Positions 1 through 11,100 of a stretch of 64,000 nucleotides of DNA are shown here, piece after piece. Position 1 is the stretch's first letter, and each line of letters opens with the position of its first letter. The notes under the pieces were generated by a model. That model was not told the DNA's origin. It made no database searches and saw only the letters and a list, made by a program, of their open reading frames with translations. The translations under genes were made by a program, and so were the position numbers. The DNA comes from a virus. The stretch lies in IMG/VR virus record IMGVR_UViG_3300036985_005327, positions 24,650 through 88,649 of that record, one strand, 5' to 3'.

Positions 1-137
1 AGGACGGGAGCCGCGTTGTTTGTTTTCTTCTTCTTGGACTTTTTGTCCTCGGCCTCAGGTTCTGGCTCTGGTTGGTCCATACCTGCGAGGATCTTTTCCT
101 GTTCCAGATCGTCGGGGGTCGTCTCATTGTGTGACAC
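1..137 (-). CDS. hypothetical protein, N-terminal part (runs off window start)
   Basis: Not in ORF track. GTG at 137 preceded by AGGAG; open frame MSHNETTPDDLEQEKILAGMDQPEPEPEAEDKKSKKKK... to the window edge. Confidence 0.6.
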   Translation of the reverse strand, partial: MSHNETTPDDLEQEKILAGMDQPEPEPEAEDKKSKKKKTNNAAPV

Positions 138-176
138 GTTCTTTGCTCCTACATCGTCTTTTTTTGTCTGGGTACA

Positions 177-407
177 CTATTCTGATGCCGCAGCTAATTC
201 TGCGAGCACTTCGGACTTATCGATCTGAACCATTTGTAGTCTCTCGGGGGGAACACCTTCTAGGATGTCACCTAAGAGATGAAACAGCTCAGTGGAGCAG
301 AGGAGAAGACTCTTCTCGGAGTTGTACGCTGTCATATATAGCGCGCGAATAGCCTGAACTGTTTTTTCAGGGTCAACTCGTTTTCTCCGTGTCGAATACC
401 GGGTCAT
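177..407 (-). CDS. hypothetical protein
   Basis: 76-aa ORF, ATGA-coupled to the upstream gene in a tightly packed operon. Confidence 0.6.
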   Translation of the reverse strand: MTRYSTRRKRVDPEKTVQAIRALYMTAYNSEKSLLLCSTELFHLLGDILEGVPPERLQMVQIDKSEVLAELAAASE

Positions 408-568
408 TCAAAAGGCTCCGTGCCGTGCACAGGACACTTCAAAATCCCGCCAGTAGTCGCGGGATTCACGACTACTCGTTGACACCAAGGACAACGACCT
501 TTGTCGTGTTCGTCCTCAGTTCCAACTTTTGTGTGATCCTTCTTCTCCACTACTCCATATTTTTCCAT
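404..568 (-). CDS. small zinc-ribbon protein
   Basis: Likely start ATG 568 (MEKYGVV...), right after the upstream stop; CPWC...CPVH motif. Confidence 0.6.
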   Translation of the reverse strand: MEKYGVVEKKDHTKVGTEDEHDKGRCPWCQRVVVNPATTGGILKCPVHGTEPFE

Positions 569-569
569 G

Positions 570-986
570 TTACGCCTTCGGGGCAGCAGCTTTCGCGGCT
601 TCCATCTCAGCCTTGGTGCGGCGCTTCTTCTTGGGAGTCTCACCTTCGGGCTTCTCCCCTTCTACCTTCTCGTGCTTGATGCGGAACATGATGTCCTCGA
701 TCAGGTAGTTGACGCGTGACTTGCAGCCTTTGTTGCGCTTACCGTCCAGAGCGCAGAGGTTGTCGAGCGACTCCGTGACGAGTTCGCCGTCTTCGTTCTT
801 GCGCAGAATCATGACGTCTGGGAGATTGGGAACGTCGGCTGTATCGAGGATCATTTTCTTGAGTTCCTCGAGAGCGTTCTTGCGAGCCAGCTCGTCATCG
901 ACCAGGCGGCTAACTTCCTCGAGAGGAAGCTCACGCTCGCTCATACGACCACACCGCTCACACTTCGTTGGCACTTTGATATTCAC
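570..986 (-). CDS. hypothetical protein with CxxC and basic C-terminus
   Basis: GTG 986 preceded by GGAGG; KCERCG; KKKRRTKAEM tail. Confidence 0.65.
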   Translation of the reverse strand: MNIKVPTKCERCGRMSERELPLEEVSRLVDDELARKNALEELKKMILDTADVPNLPDVMILRKNEDGELVTESLDNLCALDGKRNKGCKSRVNYLIEDIMFRIKHEKVEGEKPEGETPKKKRRTKAEMEAAKAAAPKA

Positions 987-987
987 G

Positions 988-2193
988 TTACCTCCAGTTG
1001 ATGTTGTCGATGTCAAACTGCTTGATTGCAGTCAACAAGGCGGTTGTTGTTTTAGGACCAAGAATCCCGTCGACAACCAAGACTTCCTCGGGATGAAGGT
1101 CCATCTTCTTGTGATTCCACGATGCCTGAAACATGGATACTGCTTGCTTAAACGCTGCGTCATAAATCTTTGACGTGCTCGTAAAACCAAGTTTATCCAG
1201 GTGGGGTTTTGCTTCTACCACAGAAAGAACGTGTTTATGAGAATCGGGTTCTTCGTCGTCGTTAGTGGGAATGTTTACGCCGTATTCAGGACTCTCAGAA
1301 TTTTCTTCTGTGATTCCGTGGTGCGCTAAAATAGTCTCAGGCTTGGAAAGAGGTGAATTCTCGAAGTCTTGCACGAACGAAAGTTGCGCTACAGGGAACG
1401 TGCCTTCGGAGAACACGCCACCGTTACAGTCGGCGAAGGGCCACAGAGGACCCATGTCGGACTTACCTTCGCGCCAATCAGAGTGCTGTGACATCCGGAG
1501 AGCGGACATTCTCTCGCCTAACGCCATCTTCACAAGTCTCTTGATCTTGATGTTGTTCACAACTTGGTCGAGTGTGAACGGCTGCATGTACTCGGCTCCC
1601 TTGTAATGGGGCGTAAGCGCCACCGGAGGAAGCTCATCGATCAAGTTCTGCGGAACAGCATTAGCCCAGTAGTGCCATTCGTTTTTGGCGTCTCGGAACA
1701 TCTTGCCTGCGTTAACCATCTCGATGGCTATGGAGTCTTTGTTCTTTCGGGGTTCGTGCCACGCCCCGTTGTGAAGAGCGATGAGATACAGGGGATCTCC
1801 GTGATAGTCCTGAACAAAATGCGTTGATGCGCCGTTGTACTTGTTGTTGGCATTACGGCGTGAACTGAACCAATTCACTGTAGACCATGCGTTGATACCC
1901 GCTGTGAAATGGTCAACCCACCACAGGTCCTCAACCGGCCCAAGTGCTCCCATGTACATCTGCTGGGTCGGAAAGAACTTATCGAGTCCTTTCTCGAGGA
2001 TGCGCTGGTGCGAGTAGATGAACAGGTTATTGAGGGCTTTTTGGGCCTGTTTCTCTGAGAGGACTTTTCCATCTCCGATAGCAGCCCATTCGGCCAAAAA
2101 CATTTCCTTTGCCGCTTTTCCTGTGGCCTTAACCAGCGTCCAGAATTCTTTTTGAGGGAGCTGGTTGTAGTTGACTAGAAACTGGTAATTCAT
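988..2193 (-). CDS. endolysin: N-acetylmuramoyl-L-alanine amidase (Amidase_2-type) with C-terminal peptidoglycan-binding domain
   Basis: VDHFTA, ASTHFV, AWH..N..SIAIEMVN, QHSD...KSDMG (Zn-amidase motifs); AVSMFQ...LVVDGILGPKT (PG_binding_1). Start ATG 2193 overlaps the upstream TGA. Confidence 0.85.
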   Translation of the reverse strand: MNYQFLVNYNQLPQKEFWTLVKATGKAAKEMFLAEWAAIGDGKVLSEKQAQKALNNLFIYSHQRILEKGLDKFFPTQQMYMGALGPVEDLWWVDHFTAGINAWSTVNWFSSRRNANNKYNGASTHFVQDYHGDPLYLIALHNGAWHEPRKNKDSIAIEMVNAGKMFRDAKNEWHYWANAVPQNLIDELPPVALTPHYKGAEYMQPFTLDQVVNNIKIKRLVKMALGERMSALRMSQHSDWREGKSDMGPLWPFADCNGGVFSEGTFPVAQLSFVQDFENSPLSKPETILAHHGITEENSESPEYGVNIPTNDDEEPDSHKHVLSVVEAKPHLDKLGFTSTSKIYDAAFKQAVSMFQASWNHKKMDLHPEEVLVVDGILGPKTTTALLTAIKQFDIDNINWR

Positions 2194-3062
2194 ACTTTGC
2201 CTCGGCATCTTTCGTAGTAACCGCAGAACTTGTGGGTGCAGGCCCACGATGTTGGGTCACACCGTGGAAAGTCACCTTTCTTTACCATGCTGGCCACTTG
2301 TTCTACGTCCTCAATCAGGAGTAACTTGTCTTGCAACGTTCTCACAGATCGTTCTTGTTCGTACCTGGGACCAGCTTTAAGATCAACTAAGAAATCAATT
2401 CTAACCTTATTAGTGTCTTCTGCAAGAGCATAAAAGGTTAACTGGTGGGTATATCGAATTTTTTGTTCCGGCCATTTCTTTGTGGTCGTTTTTAGGTCGG
2501 ATACCACTTCCACCATACGAGGGTTATCAGGGTCGTTTTCCAAAGACATCTCGGTATCTTTGACGCTGTCGATGAGGTCAATAACTCCTCGAACAGGGAC
2601 ACACCCAACTTTAATGGCGAAAGTCTTTTCGGCGTGAATAGGCCGAAGTCGGGGAAGGGCTTGATGGTGATACGCGGCGTAACTAGCAACCGCTTTGTCC
2701 TTGACAACTCCTGGAGCATACCCCTCCCAGTTTTCAATAAACAGTGATTCAGTCGCGAAACAGTCGGCGACAGCCTGCATTGCTTCTTTAACGTCGGGAG
2801 GAGACCCTGTTTCGATCATTCGTCGGTGGGATACCTCTGCGCCCTTGTGGATTGCTGTCCCCTTTACCATGGAGATACCGGGAGCCTCCACGACTTCTTG
2901 GATGTACCTGAACTCAAACTGGCGCGGACACCTCTGGTACATTCCCACCTGTGACGGGGACATCACGCCGCCACGGGGAAGGGCAGGGTCTAGGAATCCT
3001 TCTGGGTAAACGAACACTCGGTCAGACGAACGGACTTCTCTGACATCATCTTCTTCAGACAT
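2190..3062 (-). CDS. PD-(D/E)XK exonuclease, Cas4/AddB/RecB-like, with Fe-S-type cysteines
   Basis: SPSQ...CPRQ, GTAIH, RGVIDLID, SDLKT, QLTFY, C-terminal CxxxxCxxxxxC cluster. Confidence 0.85.
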   Translation of the reverse strand: MSEEDDVREVRSSDRVFVYPEGFLDPALPRGGVMSPSQVGMYQRCPRQFEFRYIQEVVEAPGISMVKGTAIHKGAEVSHRRMIETGSPPDVKEAMQAVADCFATESLFIENWEGYAPGVVKDKAVASYAAYHHQALPRLRPIHAEKTFAIKVGCVPVRGVIDLIDSVKDTEMSLENDPDNPRMVEVVSDLKTTTKKWPEQKIRYTHQLTFYALAEDTNKVRIDFLVDLKAGPRYEQERSVRTLQDKLLLIEDVEQVASMVKKGDFPRCDPTSWACTHKFCGYYERCRGKV

Positions 3063-3095
3063 GCCTAACCTCCAGGGGTTTACGGCGTATACCGC

Positions 3096-3542
3096 CTATT
3101 TTCCGAGGGAACGATTAGCGAATTCGACCGGGAACTCAGCAGAAGCTCCAGGATACATGAGCAGTTCGTTGGCGTTGGGATCATCCGGAGCGGGGGGTGG
3201 TTGGCCTTGTAACATCAATTCGTGACTCTTACGAATGATGTCGTCCAGCTCATCTTGGTCTTCGTCGGAGTCAACAACTTCGTTATGCGTAACCGGAATT
3301 GGTGGGACTACCACGTTACGGTTACTCTCGAACATGACCGGAACTCTTGTTTTTGGTGGTGATCCCGAAGCCACAGCTCCAATTTTGGACAAAGACTTGG
3401 CGTCCATACCTGTGATGGTAAACGTCCGGACGTCCCCAGTCATCTCGTCAAAATCAAACACGAGGTCAGCCAGACCGAGAGGGATACCCCATAGCGTAGC
3501 CAACATAGCCACGAACTCTTCTTTACTGAAAGTAATCTGCAT
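3096..3542 (-). CDS. hypothetical protein
   Basis: Start ATG 3542 (MQITFSKEEF) with AAGGAG; overlaps the helicase end. Confidence 0.65.
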   Translation of the reverse strand: MQITFSKEEFVAMLATLWGIPLGLADLVFDFDEMTGDVRTFTITGMDAKSLSKIGAVASGSPPKTRVPVMFESNRNVVVPPIPVTHNEVVDSDEDQDELDDIIRKSHELMLQGQPPPAPDDPNANELLMYPGASAEFPVEFANRSLGK

Positions 3543-5670
3543 CTTCGTTTTGCTCCTTAATCGAAGCATATTCCTCCTTGTTAAGATTTTCAATGTAATC
3601 TACCAGAGGAGTCTCACCTATTCCTGGTTGTATAACCTCTGGTTTGGTCATGTACTTTGCCATGCGAGCATCTAGCACACACCCCTCGCACCACGGCGCT
3701 ATTTCTTTTTTCAAGCACGCTTCGTACTCGTCACAGACTACGCACTCCACTCGTTTGGTGAGGACGGTTGCAATATCGTGTCGGTTGTCCAGGGCGATAA
3801 GCTGCTGCCGTTCTACTGAGTAACTCCCCACCAAACGGTACACCACTGTTTTTTGTGTTTGACCGATCCTGAAGTTACGCCCTCGTGATTGGTCCCATGC
3901 GTCTAGAGACCACGCACGACTGTAATAGATTGAGTATTTTGCTGCCGTAAGCGTAACCGCAATCCCGGTGTGGATTTGCCCGAGGTATATGCGACACAAA
4001 GGGTCAGTTTGGAATCTATCTTCATATTTCTTTATGTGCTGAGTATTTGTCCCATCGACACGAACATAGTCAAACTTTAACTTCTTGATAAGATTCTCTA
4101 CGTTATCTAATTCTTCTGTGTAGTTTCCCCAAATAATCACTTTATGCTCAGGGTCTTCGAGGAGGTCTTCCAGTAAGTCTTTGAGAGCCTCTAACTTTGG
4201 ATTCTCTTTGTACCTAACGACCTCGATGATCTTAGCTTCAGCGTTTGAACAGCGGTTTGTTCCGGGTTCGATGTTCTTGGAAACACACTCGAATAAATGT
4301 TCACATGTGTCGCAATAATTTCCCGTGGCGGCTTTGGGTACGTAGTAAAAACCGCTACACATTTGCATCAGCTTAGTTAACCGAATGGCCCCATGTTTAA
4401 AGTCTATACTCTTACCTAAGCCAAGGTGTATCTGGCAGTCTCGTACTGCTACGTTGTAGTCCATTAACTGATTCCCTGTAAGGCTATAACGGATGTCAAT
4501 GTCCTTTCTAGGGGGGAGAGACACACAGTCAGTTAACTTTCTCTCGCTAGAAACTGAATTAACTCTTTCGTTAATTATGTTCATGTTTTTATAACCACGA
4601 ACAATGTGCTTGTTATGTGGCGAGATGTCGCAGAACTTGGGCACAAAGTTATGCCACTCTTCTGGCATCAAAAACGGGGACAGTATCCTGAGCTGGGTAT
4701 AGAAGTCGCGAGGGTCGCCTACCGTAGGCGTACCTGACAGCAAGTACCGCCTGGACGCCCGAGTAGCCAAGGCGTTGATTGCTTTTGTTCGTTGACTGCG
4801 AATATTCTTTACGCGATGAGCTTCGTCCAGGATGAGGGTATCAAACGTTAATCCCGACAAAAAGGGAACTGTGCCGCCGTTGAGTTGGTCAACGAGCTTA
4901 ACGATCTCGTCAGCAGTGGCCTTTCCCGCGTAATATGAAGTCAAAAGAGCGATCTGGTCTTTTGTAGAATGGATCAAAGCCACAGCGTCAAGAACTCTCG
5001 TGTGGTTTTTAGTTGTACCCACTTGAGATTTTTTACGGAGACCTTGCGCTTCGGCACACAGGACGGGAATACTGTACATCCGAGCCGTATCATAAGACAT
5101 AATCACAACGTCGAAGTCTTTGGCTTCTACTAACTTGTTCATCTTCTGTTTGGGTGTCCCAATAATCGCTATAGACGTCAAGGTACCGGCCGAATGAAGA
5201 GCTATCTCACGATGCCACGTATTGATCGCTATGACAGGGCATATGACTATCGTTTTAGTTTTGAGATACGTCAGGGCGTCAACAGCTACTTTAGTTTTCC
5301 CTGTTCCCATTTCCCATCGTAAGTACCATCTGTAATTCGCTAAGAGTTCCGCTGTTCCTTCTTTTTGATGCTCGTAGCTAATGATGTTTCCCGGTGGTGG
5401 GTCCTGTGCATTATGTGCGAGCCAATCTTCTTTTGTTAGTGCCTGGGCATACGCTTCGTTCTTTGTCTCGGCACTTAAGACATTTTCATTGAGTGTGTCG
5501 ATGTCTCGTATTACATTATCTAGGAACGGACGGTACGCTGGACAGACCCAACTACGGAGTTTCTCGACGTACTGAGCCCCAAACACGTGACCCCAGGAGT
5601 CCATTTTGTTTCCAGGAATCAAAAACACAGGGGTTGTTCCAATTTTTACAAGTCTGACTTCGTTAGACAT
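3523..5670 (-). CDS. SNF2-family (SF2) helicase/ATPase with Cys-rich insertions
   Basis: EMGTGKT (I), LILDEAH (II), LSGTP (III), KVIIW, RVDG, QSRGRNFRIGQ (VI); CDTC..C and CVVC..C inserts. Confidence 0.9.
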   Translation of the reverse strand: MSNEVRLVKIGTTPVFLIPGNKMDSWGHVFGAQYVEKLRSWVCPAYRPFLDNVIRDIDTLNENVLSAETKNEAYAQALTKEDWLAHNAQDPPPGNIISYEHQKEGTAELLANYRWYLRWEMGTGKTKVAVDALTYLKTKTIVICPVIAINTWHREIALHSAGTLTSIAIIGTPKQKMNKLVEAKDFDVVIMSYDTARMYSIPVLCAEAQGLRKKSQVGTTKNHTRVLDAVALIHSTKDQIALLTSYYAGKATADEIVKLVDQLNGGTVPFLSGLTFDTLILDEAHRVKNIRSQRTKAINALATRASRRYLLSGTPTVGDPRDFYTQLRILSPFLMPEEWHNFVPKFCDISPHNKHIVRGYKNMNIINERVNSVSSERKLTDCVSLPPRKDIDIRYSLTGNQLMDYNVAVRDCQIHLGLGKSIDFKHGAIRLTKLMQMCSGFYYVPKAATGNYCDTCEHLFECVSKNIEPGTNRCSNAEAKIIEVVRYKENPKLEALKDLLEDLLEDPEHKVIIWGNYTEELDNVENLIKKLKFDYVRVDGTNTQHIKKYEDRFQTDPLCRIYLGQIHTGIAVTLTAAKYSIYYSRAWSLDAWDQSRGRNFRIGQTQKTVVYRLVGSYSVERQQLIALDNRHDIATVLTKRVECVVCDEYEACLKKEIAPWCEGCVLDARMAKYMTKPEVIQPGIGETPLVDYIENLNKEEYASIKEQNEDADYFQ

Positions 5671-5702
5671 TTCCTATCCTTTCGTTACTAACTGGAGGAC
5701 AA

Positions 5703-7439
5703 ATGGCAACTGACACGATGCGCCTGTTCGACCCCTATCACGGGGGGATGGATGGTACTCATTCGAATCCGTACTACCAATATTCGCAGCTCTACACGCC
5801 CAAGCGGCTGAAAGAACTGTTCATCTGGTGCGAGTATCTCTTCTACCAAAGTCCACACATTTTTGCGGCTCTGCGTAAGTTCGGGGAATACCCCATCACG
5901 AAAATTACGTACGAGACCGTAAACGAACATCTGAAAACAAAGCATAAAGAACTTCTGGAAAAGACTCTGCGCGTTCGTGAGTTTTTGATTAAGTGCTCGC
6001 TCGACAAGTATGTTTACGGTAACGCATTCGTTTCTATGTATCAACCCTTTGTGCGTTACTTAAAGTGTCCGTCGTGTTCCTCGCTCTCGAACATAAAGAA
6101 CACCACGTACACATTTGATGTTTCTAATCTCAAGTTCACCTACACGTGTCCCTCGTGCAAGAAGAGAGCAGTGGTCGGTGAGGACAACATCGAAGATCGA
6201 AAACTTCTTTTGAGCAAGGGCATCAATTTCATTCGGTGGGACGCCAAGGACCTCGACATCGATCATAATCCTCTCACGGGAGAGTCTACGTACTATTACA
6301 AGATTCCTAATGCCATCGTGTCGCGGGTTAACTCCGGTCACAAGATGCTCATCGACACCATGCCGATTGGCTTCTTAAAGGCCATCAAGGAGCACAAGCC
6401 CTTCAAGTTTGCGCGTGACGCCATCTTCCACATGAAGGTCGGCGCTCCTGCCGGTATCAATCCGCAGTGGGGACTACCGCCAATCTTGGCTGCTCTCGAG
6501 AGGTTCCACTTCACGCAGATTCTTAGGAAGGCCAACGAGGCTATCGCCCTGGACTACCTCGTTCCTTTTCGTATTCTTCACGCCTCTCAGGCTTCTGGGG
6601 TTGCTGACCCGGTTCAGCAAATTAGTCTGGCCAAGTGGAAAGACGAACTCGACATCAACATCAGGTTACACCGTAAAGACCCTCTCCATATCATGTACTC
6701 GCCCATTCCAGTGGGTATGGTTCAGCTCGGAGGACAGGGCAGAGCACTCTTGACGCTGGGAGAGATCCAGGAAGCCGAGAAGAGCATCGTAGCAACCCTA
6801 GGAATTCCCATGGAGTTCTTATACGGCGGGCTCACGGGACGCGGGATGGAAGCTACGCTGCGCATGATCGAGAACCAGCTTTCGACACACATCGCGGACC
6901 TTATCGACCTAATGCAGTGGATGGATGATAAGTGTGCGGAGTTCCTTGGTTGGGAAAAAATAACTCTAGGGCTTACGCCATTTCGAATGGTCGATGACTT
7001 CGAGAAGCAACAGCTCATGTACAGTGTCTGGCAGTCCGGAAAGCAAACGGGTTCTCAGGTCATTTCGGACACTACGATGTGCGAGATTTTTGAGATCGAT
7101 CCTAAACGGGAAGAAGAGCGCATTAAGGACGAAACTCTGCGTGGCTCGCGTATCAGCCAACAGATTCAGGCTGAGATGCAGAAGATGCAGAATAATGTCG
7201 CGCAACAGTCGCAACAGGAAGCGAACTCTGGTCCTAGCAACTACAATCAGCAGCAAGTTATCGCGAATGCTGACGGCATCCTGTCTGAGATTATGAATAT
7301 GGAATACGGCGCGAAGAAGAGCCGCCTGCACCAGTTACAGATGGAAGATTTTGTGCTGTACTCTGTGGTCATTCAGCGAATGAAACTACAGAACACTCAG
7401 ATGCTGCAACAAGACCCCGCGCAAGGACAAATGGGATGA
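5703..7439 (+). CDS. portal protein with inserted zinc ribbon
   Basis: YVYGNAFV, IFHMK...WGLPPILAAL and IVATLGIP..FLYG portal-like segments; size; first gene of the head module; CPSC-x23-CPSC insert. Confidence 0.75.
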   Translation: MATDTMRLFDPYHGGMDGTHSNPYYQYSQLYTPKRLKELFIWCEYLFYQSPHIFAALRKFGEYPITKITYETVNEHLKTKHKELLEKTLRVREFLIKCSLDKYVYGNAFVSMYQPFVRYLKCPSCSSLSNIKNTTYTFDVSNLKFTYTCPSCKKRAVVGEDNIEDRKLLLSKGINFIRWDAKDLDIDHNPLTGESTYYYKIPNAIVSRVNSGHKMLIDTMPIGFLKAIKEHKPFKFARDAIFHMKVGAPAGINPQWGLPPILAALERFHFTQILRKANEAIALDYLVPFRILHASQASGVADPVQQISLAKWKDELDINIRLHRKDPLHIMYSPIPVGMVQLGGQGRALLTLGEIQEAEKSIVATLGIPMEFLYGGLTGRGMEATLRMIENQLSTHIADLIDLMQWMDDKCAEFLGWEKITLGLTPFRMVDDFEKQQLMYSVWQSGKQTGSQVISDTTMCEIFEIDPKREEERIKDETLRGSRISQQIQAEMQKMQNNVAQQSQQEANSGPSNYNQQQVIANADGILSEIMNMEYGAKKSRLHQLQMEDFVLYSVVIQRMKLQNTQMLQQDPAQGQMG

Positions 7440-8011
7440 ACGAGTTCAGAGCACAGGTAGAGGACGCACAGAAGTTCGAGTTCACGAACGTCTTTGGCGG
7501 AAACAAAGGGGGGAACCTAGTCACCCCTAAGACTGAATCGAGTCAAATAGCTGACCAGATTAAGGTCATGTATTTCTCGAAGGTGTTTGTGTTGTGGCGT
7601 CCTTACGAAGCCTGTCCAAGGTGCAGCAACGAGTTGAACGCAGGGGAAACGCAGATTCCCATTGAAGGGGATTACACGTGTCCGCATAACGACAACACTG
7701 CGTATGAGGCGGTAGTGAATCTTTGTCTGAGTGGAAAAGCACTCATGCAGAAGCAGGAATTTTTTAACCGCAGGGAAAATGATGCTCGGTGTGTGCACAT
7801 CATGTGGATGATTGCCGACCCCAGGCACATAGCTGAGATTGAAAATAAAAAGAAGGCTAAGGAAAAAGACCAGGTGTACCCCCCAAATCCCAAGAAGGTT
7901 TTTGACGAGGAGTACGACAAAACGCAAAGTGCGGAGCCCCCCAGCGCCGCAGTGAACGTTACAGCCTCGACCTCAGTACTACCTGAACAAGAAGTCCCCA
8001 AAAAGTTGTGA
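7436..8011 (+). CDS. hypothetical Zn-binding protein
   Basis: ATGA-coupled to portal; CPRC...CPH. Confidence 0.65.
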   Translation: MNEFRAQVEDAQKFEFTNVFGGNKGGNLVTPKTESSQIADQIKVMYFSKVFVLWRPYEACPRCSNELNAGETQIPIEGDYTCPHNDNTAYEAVVNLCLSGKALMQKQEFFNRRENDARCVHIMWMIADPRHIAEIENKKKAKEKDQVYPPNPKKVFDEEYDKTQSAEPPSAAVNVTASTSVLPEQEVPKKL

Positions 8012-8100
8012 TTACCACTAGCTCTCCTTCTCGTGCAGCGGTTAATTACACTGCGTATCCTTATACCTGTAGAGAAAGTATTTTTTGAAAAGGAAACAAA

Positions 8101-11100
8101 ATGACTCAGGATATCCAGCCTTTTTTGGTCAGTGCTGATATAAAACGCGAGCACATCCGCAATAAGGTTGTGGAGGGTATCCAAGAGTCATTCCCTATAA
8201 AGTCGCGCAGCAAGACTATCCACGTAAGCGACATCACTGTTCAGAACAAGGACTACTCTCCGTCTGACCAGAAGACCGCTATCATGGAAGGGAACTCCCT
8301 CTTCGAACACGTCAAGGGGACCATAACCGTTCGGGACAACGCTACGGGTGAAATTTCCGATAAGATAAAGAACTTTACCTTAGCAAAGGTTCCGTGGTTT
8401 ACGCCCCGGCATACGCTGATTGTTGGGGGCAACGAGTACTCTGTCGCGAGCATGGTGCGCCCAAAGACAGGTGTCTACGCGCGCAAACGGGCTAACGGTA
8501 TTCTTGAAGCCAATTTCAACATGCAGGGAGCCTCGAACTTCAACGTGACCATGGACCCCGAACAGGGCGAAATGCAGATCGAGTACGGAGCTTCAAAAAT
8601 TCCTCTGTACCCAATTCTTACGCGAGCAGGATTAACGCACGAAGACATCTCAACGGCTTGGGGAAAAGACCTGGCTGATAAGAACCGGCAGATGGCCCCC
8701 AAGAACGCCAGCGGCGTTGTGGACCGTTTATACAACAAGGTTGTCCCCATCTACGGAAGAGATGTCCTGAAGTTAACGACTCCCGAAGATAAGGTTAAAG
8801 AGATTTTTAACCGCTATTCGAAGGCGACAATGGACCCGGAAGTCAACAAGGTGACTTTGGGTATGCCGTATTCGAGCGTGACTCCGCACGTGATTCTTGA
8901 TGCTTCAAAGAAGGTTCTGAAAATTTTCAAGAACAGCGACGAAGTAGACGACCGCGACAACTTGGACTTTAAAGCTCTCTACGGGATCGACGATTTCTTC
9001 AAAGAGCGCATCAAGCTCGACGCTCGTGACATCGCTCGAAAAGCGTCCATAAAGATCGAGGCAAAGAAAGACCTGAGACACGCGGTCCAATCTGCTCCGT
9101 TTACTCCTGGTCTTTTGAAATTCATTAACACGTCGCGGCTTGTGTCTGTTCCTACGCAGACAAACCCAATGGAGCTCATAGACTCCTCGATGCGTATCAC
9201 CTCTCTTGGTGAGGGCGGCATCAGCTCTGAACGAGCTATCCCCATGGAAGCTCGCATGATTCATCCGACTCAGATCGGTGCCATCGACCCGATGCGTACG
9301 CCTGAATCGTTCCAGGCCGGTGTCGATGTCCGAGCGGCCATGATGCTCCATAAGGATAAGCAGGGGAACATTTACGTTCCCATGTACGACGTCAAGAATG
9401 GGAAGAAGCTCGTCTTTATCCGTGCGGGACAGATTCAAAACAACGTGGTCGCTTTTCCCCAACAGAAGCTCGAGGGTCAAGTAGACGCGTTAGTTAACGG
9501 CGTAACACGGAAGGTATCTGCGTCCACGGTGCAGTACCAGATTCCCCATTCGTCGGTAATGTACAGCCCTGCAACGAACCTTATTCCGTTCATGGAGTCG
9601 AATCAGGGTAACCGAATCATCATGGGGTCTAAGTACCAGACGCAGGCGTTGTCCTTGGTAGACCGCGACGTACCTAACGTACAGTCTATCTCGCAGACGG
9701 GTAAGCCGATGGTCACCGTAATGGCTGAGACCATTAACCCCAAGTCTCCCGTTGACGGACTCATTACGGAGATAGACAAAGACTACATCCGCATTAAGCC
9801 CGATACGGGCAAGGGTGTGGTCAGCGTTCACTACGAAACAAATTTCCCTCTGGCCGCTAAGTCGTTCCTGCACCACACGCTTAACGTACGGGTTGGTGAC
9901 CATGTTAAGCAGGGTCAAATGCTTGCTAACTCGAACTACACCAAAGATGGTCAGCTCGCTCTCGGTAAGAACTTGACCGTTGCATACATGCCTTACCGAG
10001 GTGCCAACTCCAATGACGCGGTTGTTGTGAGTGAAGGGGCTGCTAAGAAGTTAACATCTGAAAAGATGTACAAGATTATAGTAGCGCGCGACGTAGACAT
10101 GACCTTTAACAAGGACAAGCACCAAGTCTACTACGGGCACGAGTACAAGAGAGACCAGTACGGGTTGGTAGACGCTGACGGCGTAGTAAAGAAGGGCGCG
10201 AAGTTGAACGCGGGCGACCCTGTTATTTTTGGGTTACGTCAGTCAACGATGACCCCTGACGACATTTTGCTCGGGCGTCTGCACAAGTCGCTGATAAAGC
10301 CTTTTAGAAACGCCTCAGAGATATGGGACCACAACCATACCGGAGAAGTAGTAGACGTTGTAAAGACGCCCAAGAGAATTGCGATTACGATCAAGGTCAA
10401 AGAGCCTGTTGTCGTCGGAGATAAATTATGTTACGCCGTAAACACGGACATCTTAACTACCACGGGCTGGAAACCTGTAGAGAAGGTAACGGTTAGCGAC
10501 GTATGCTACACGCTGAATACTGAAGGTGTAATCGAGCTACACAATCCTACAAACGTACATGCTTATCCCCATGGGGAAGAGATGTACGAGCTTAAATCGC
10601 AACAAGTAGACCTACGTGTAACAGCTAATCACAGTCTTTTAGTTGAACTTAGAGGCACAAAAACTTTTAATTTAATAGAAGCCAGAGACGTCATTGGAAA
10701 ACGTGTACGGCATCGTAAAGATGGTGTTTGGTCATGTGGGACTACACCAAAGTTCTTTGAACTTCCTATCCTAGAAATTTTAGAAACGGGAAAAGGGTGT
10801 AAAAAGTCGCAAAAAGCAGCTAACCGACATGCTCCTATCCAAATGTTGGACTGGCTTGAATTCCTTGGAATTTATTTAGCTAATGGTTCCACTACTATTT
10901 TTAACCGAAAAGACAGAAATGGAGCTGTGGAACATATTGTACAGTTAAGTAGCGACTACGGTCAAATCCATAGTATTTCGGGAGACCAGTATGCCTGGAT
11001 TCAAGAAGTAATAGAACGCTGTGGGTTTTATTACCAGGCTATCCCAAAGGGGTTCCTTATAAAGTCAAAACAGTTAGCATGTTACCTATCTCAGTTTGGT

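Noticed and set aside
2190-3062. Cas4-like gene as evidence of a CRISPR-Cas system
   Set aside because: No repeat-spacer array or other cas gene seen; solo Cas4/AddB-like nucleases are common in phages.
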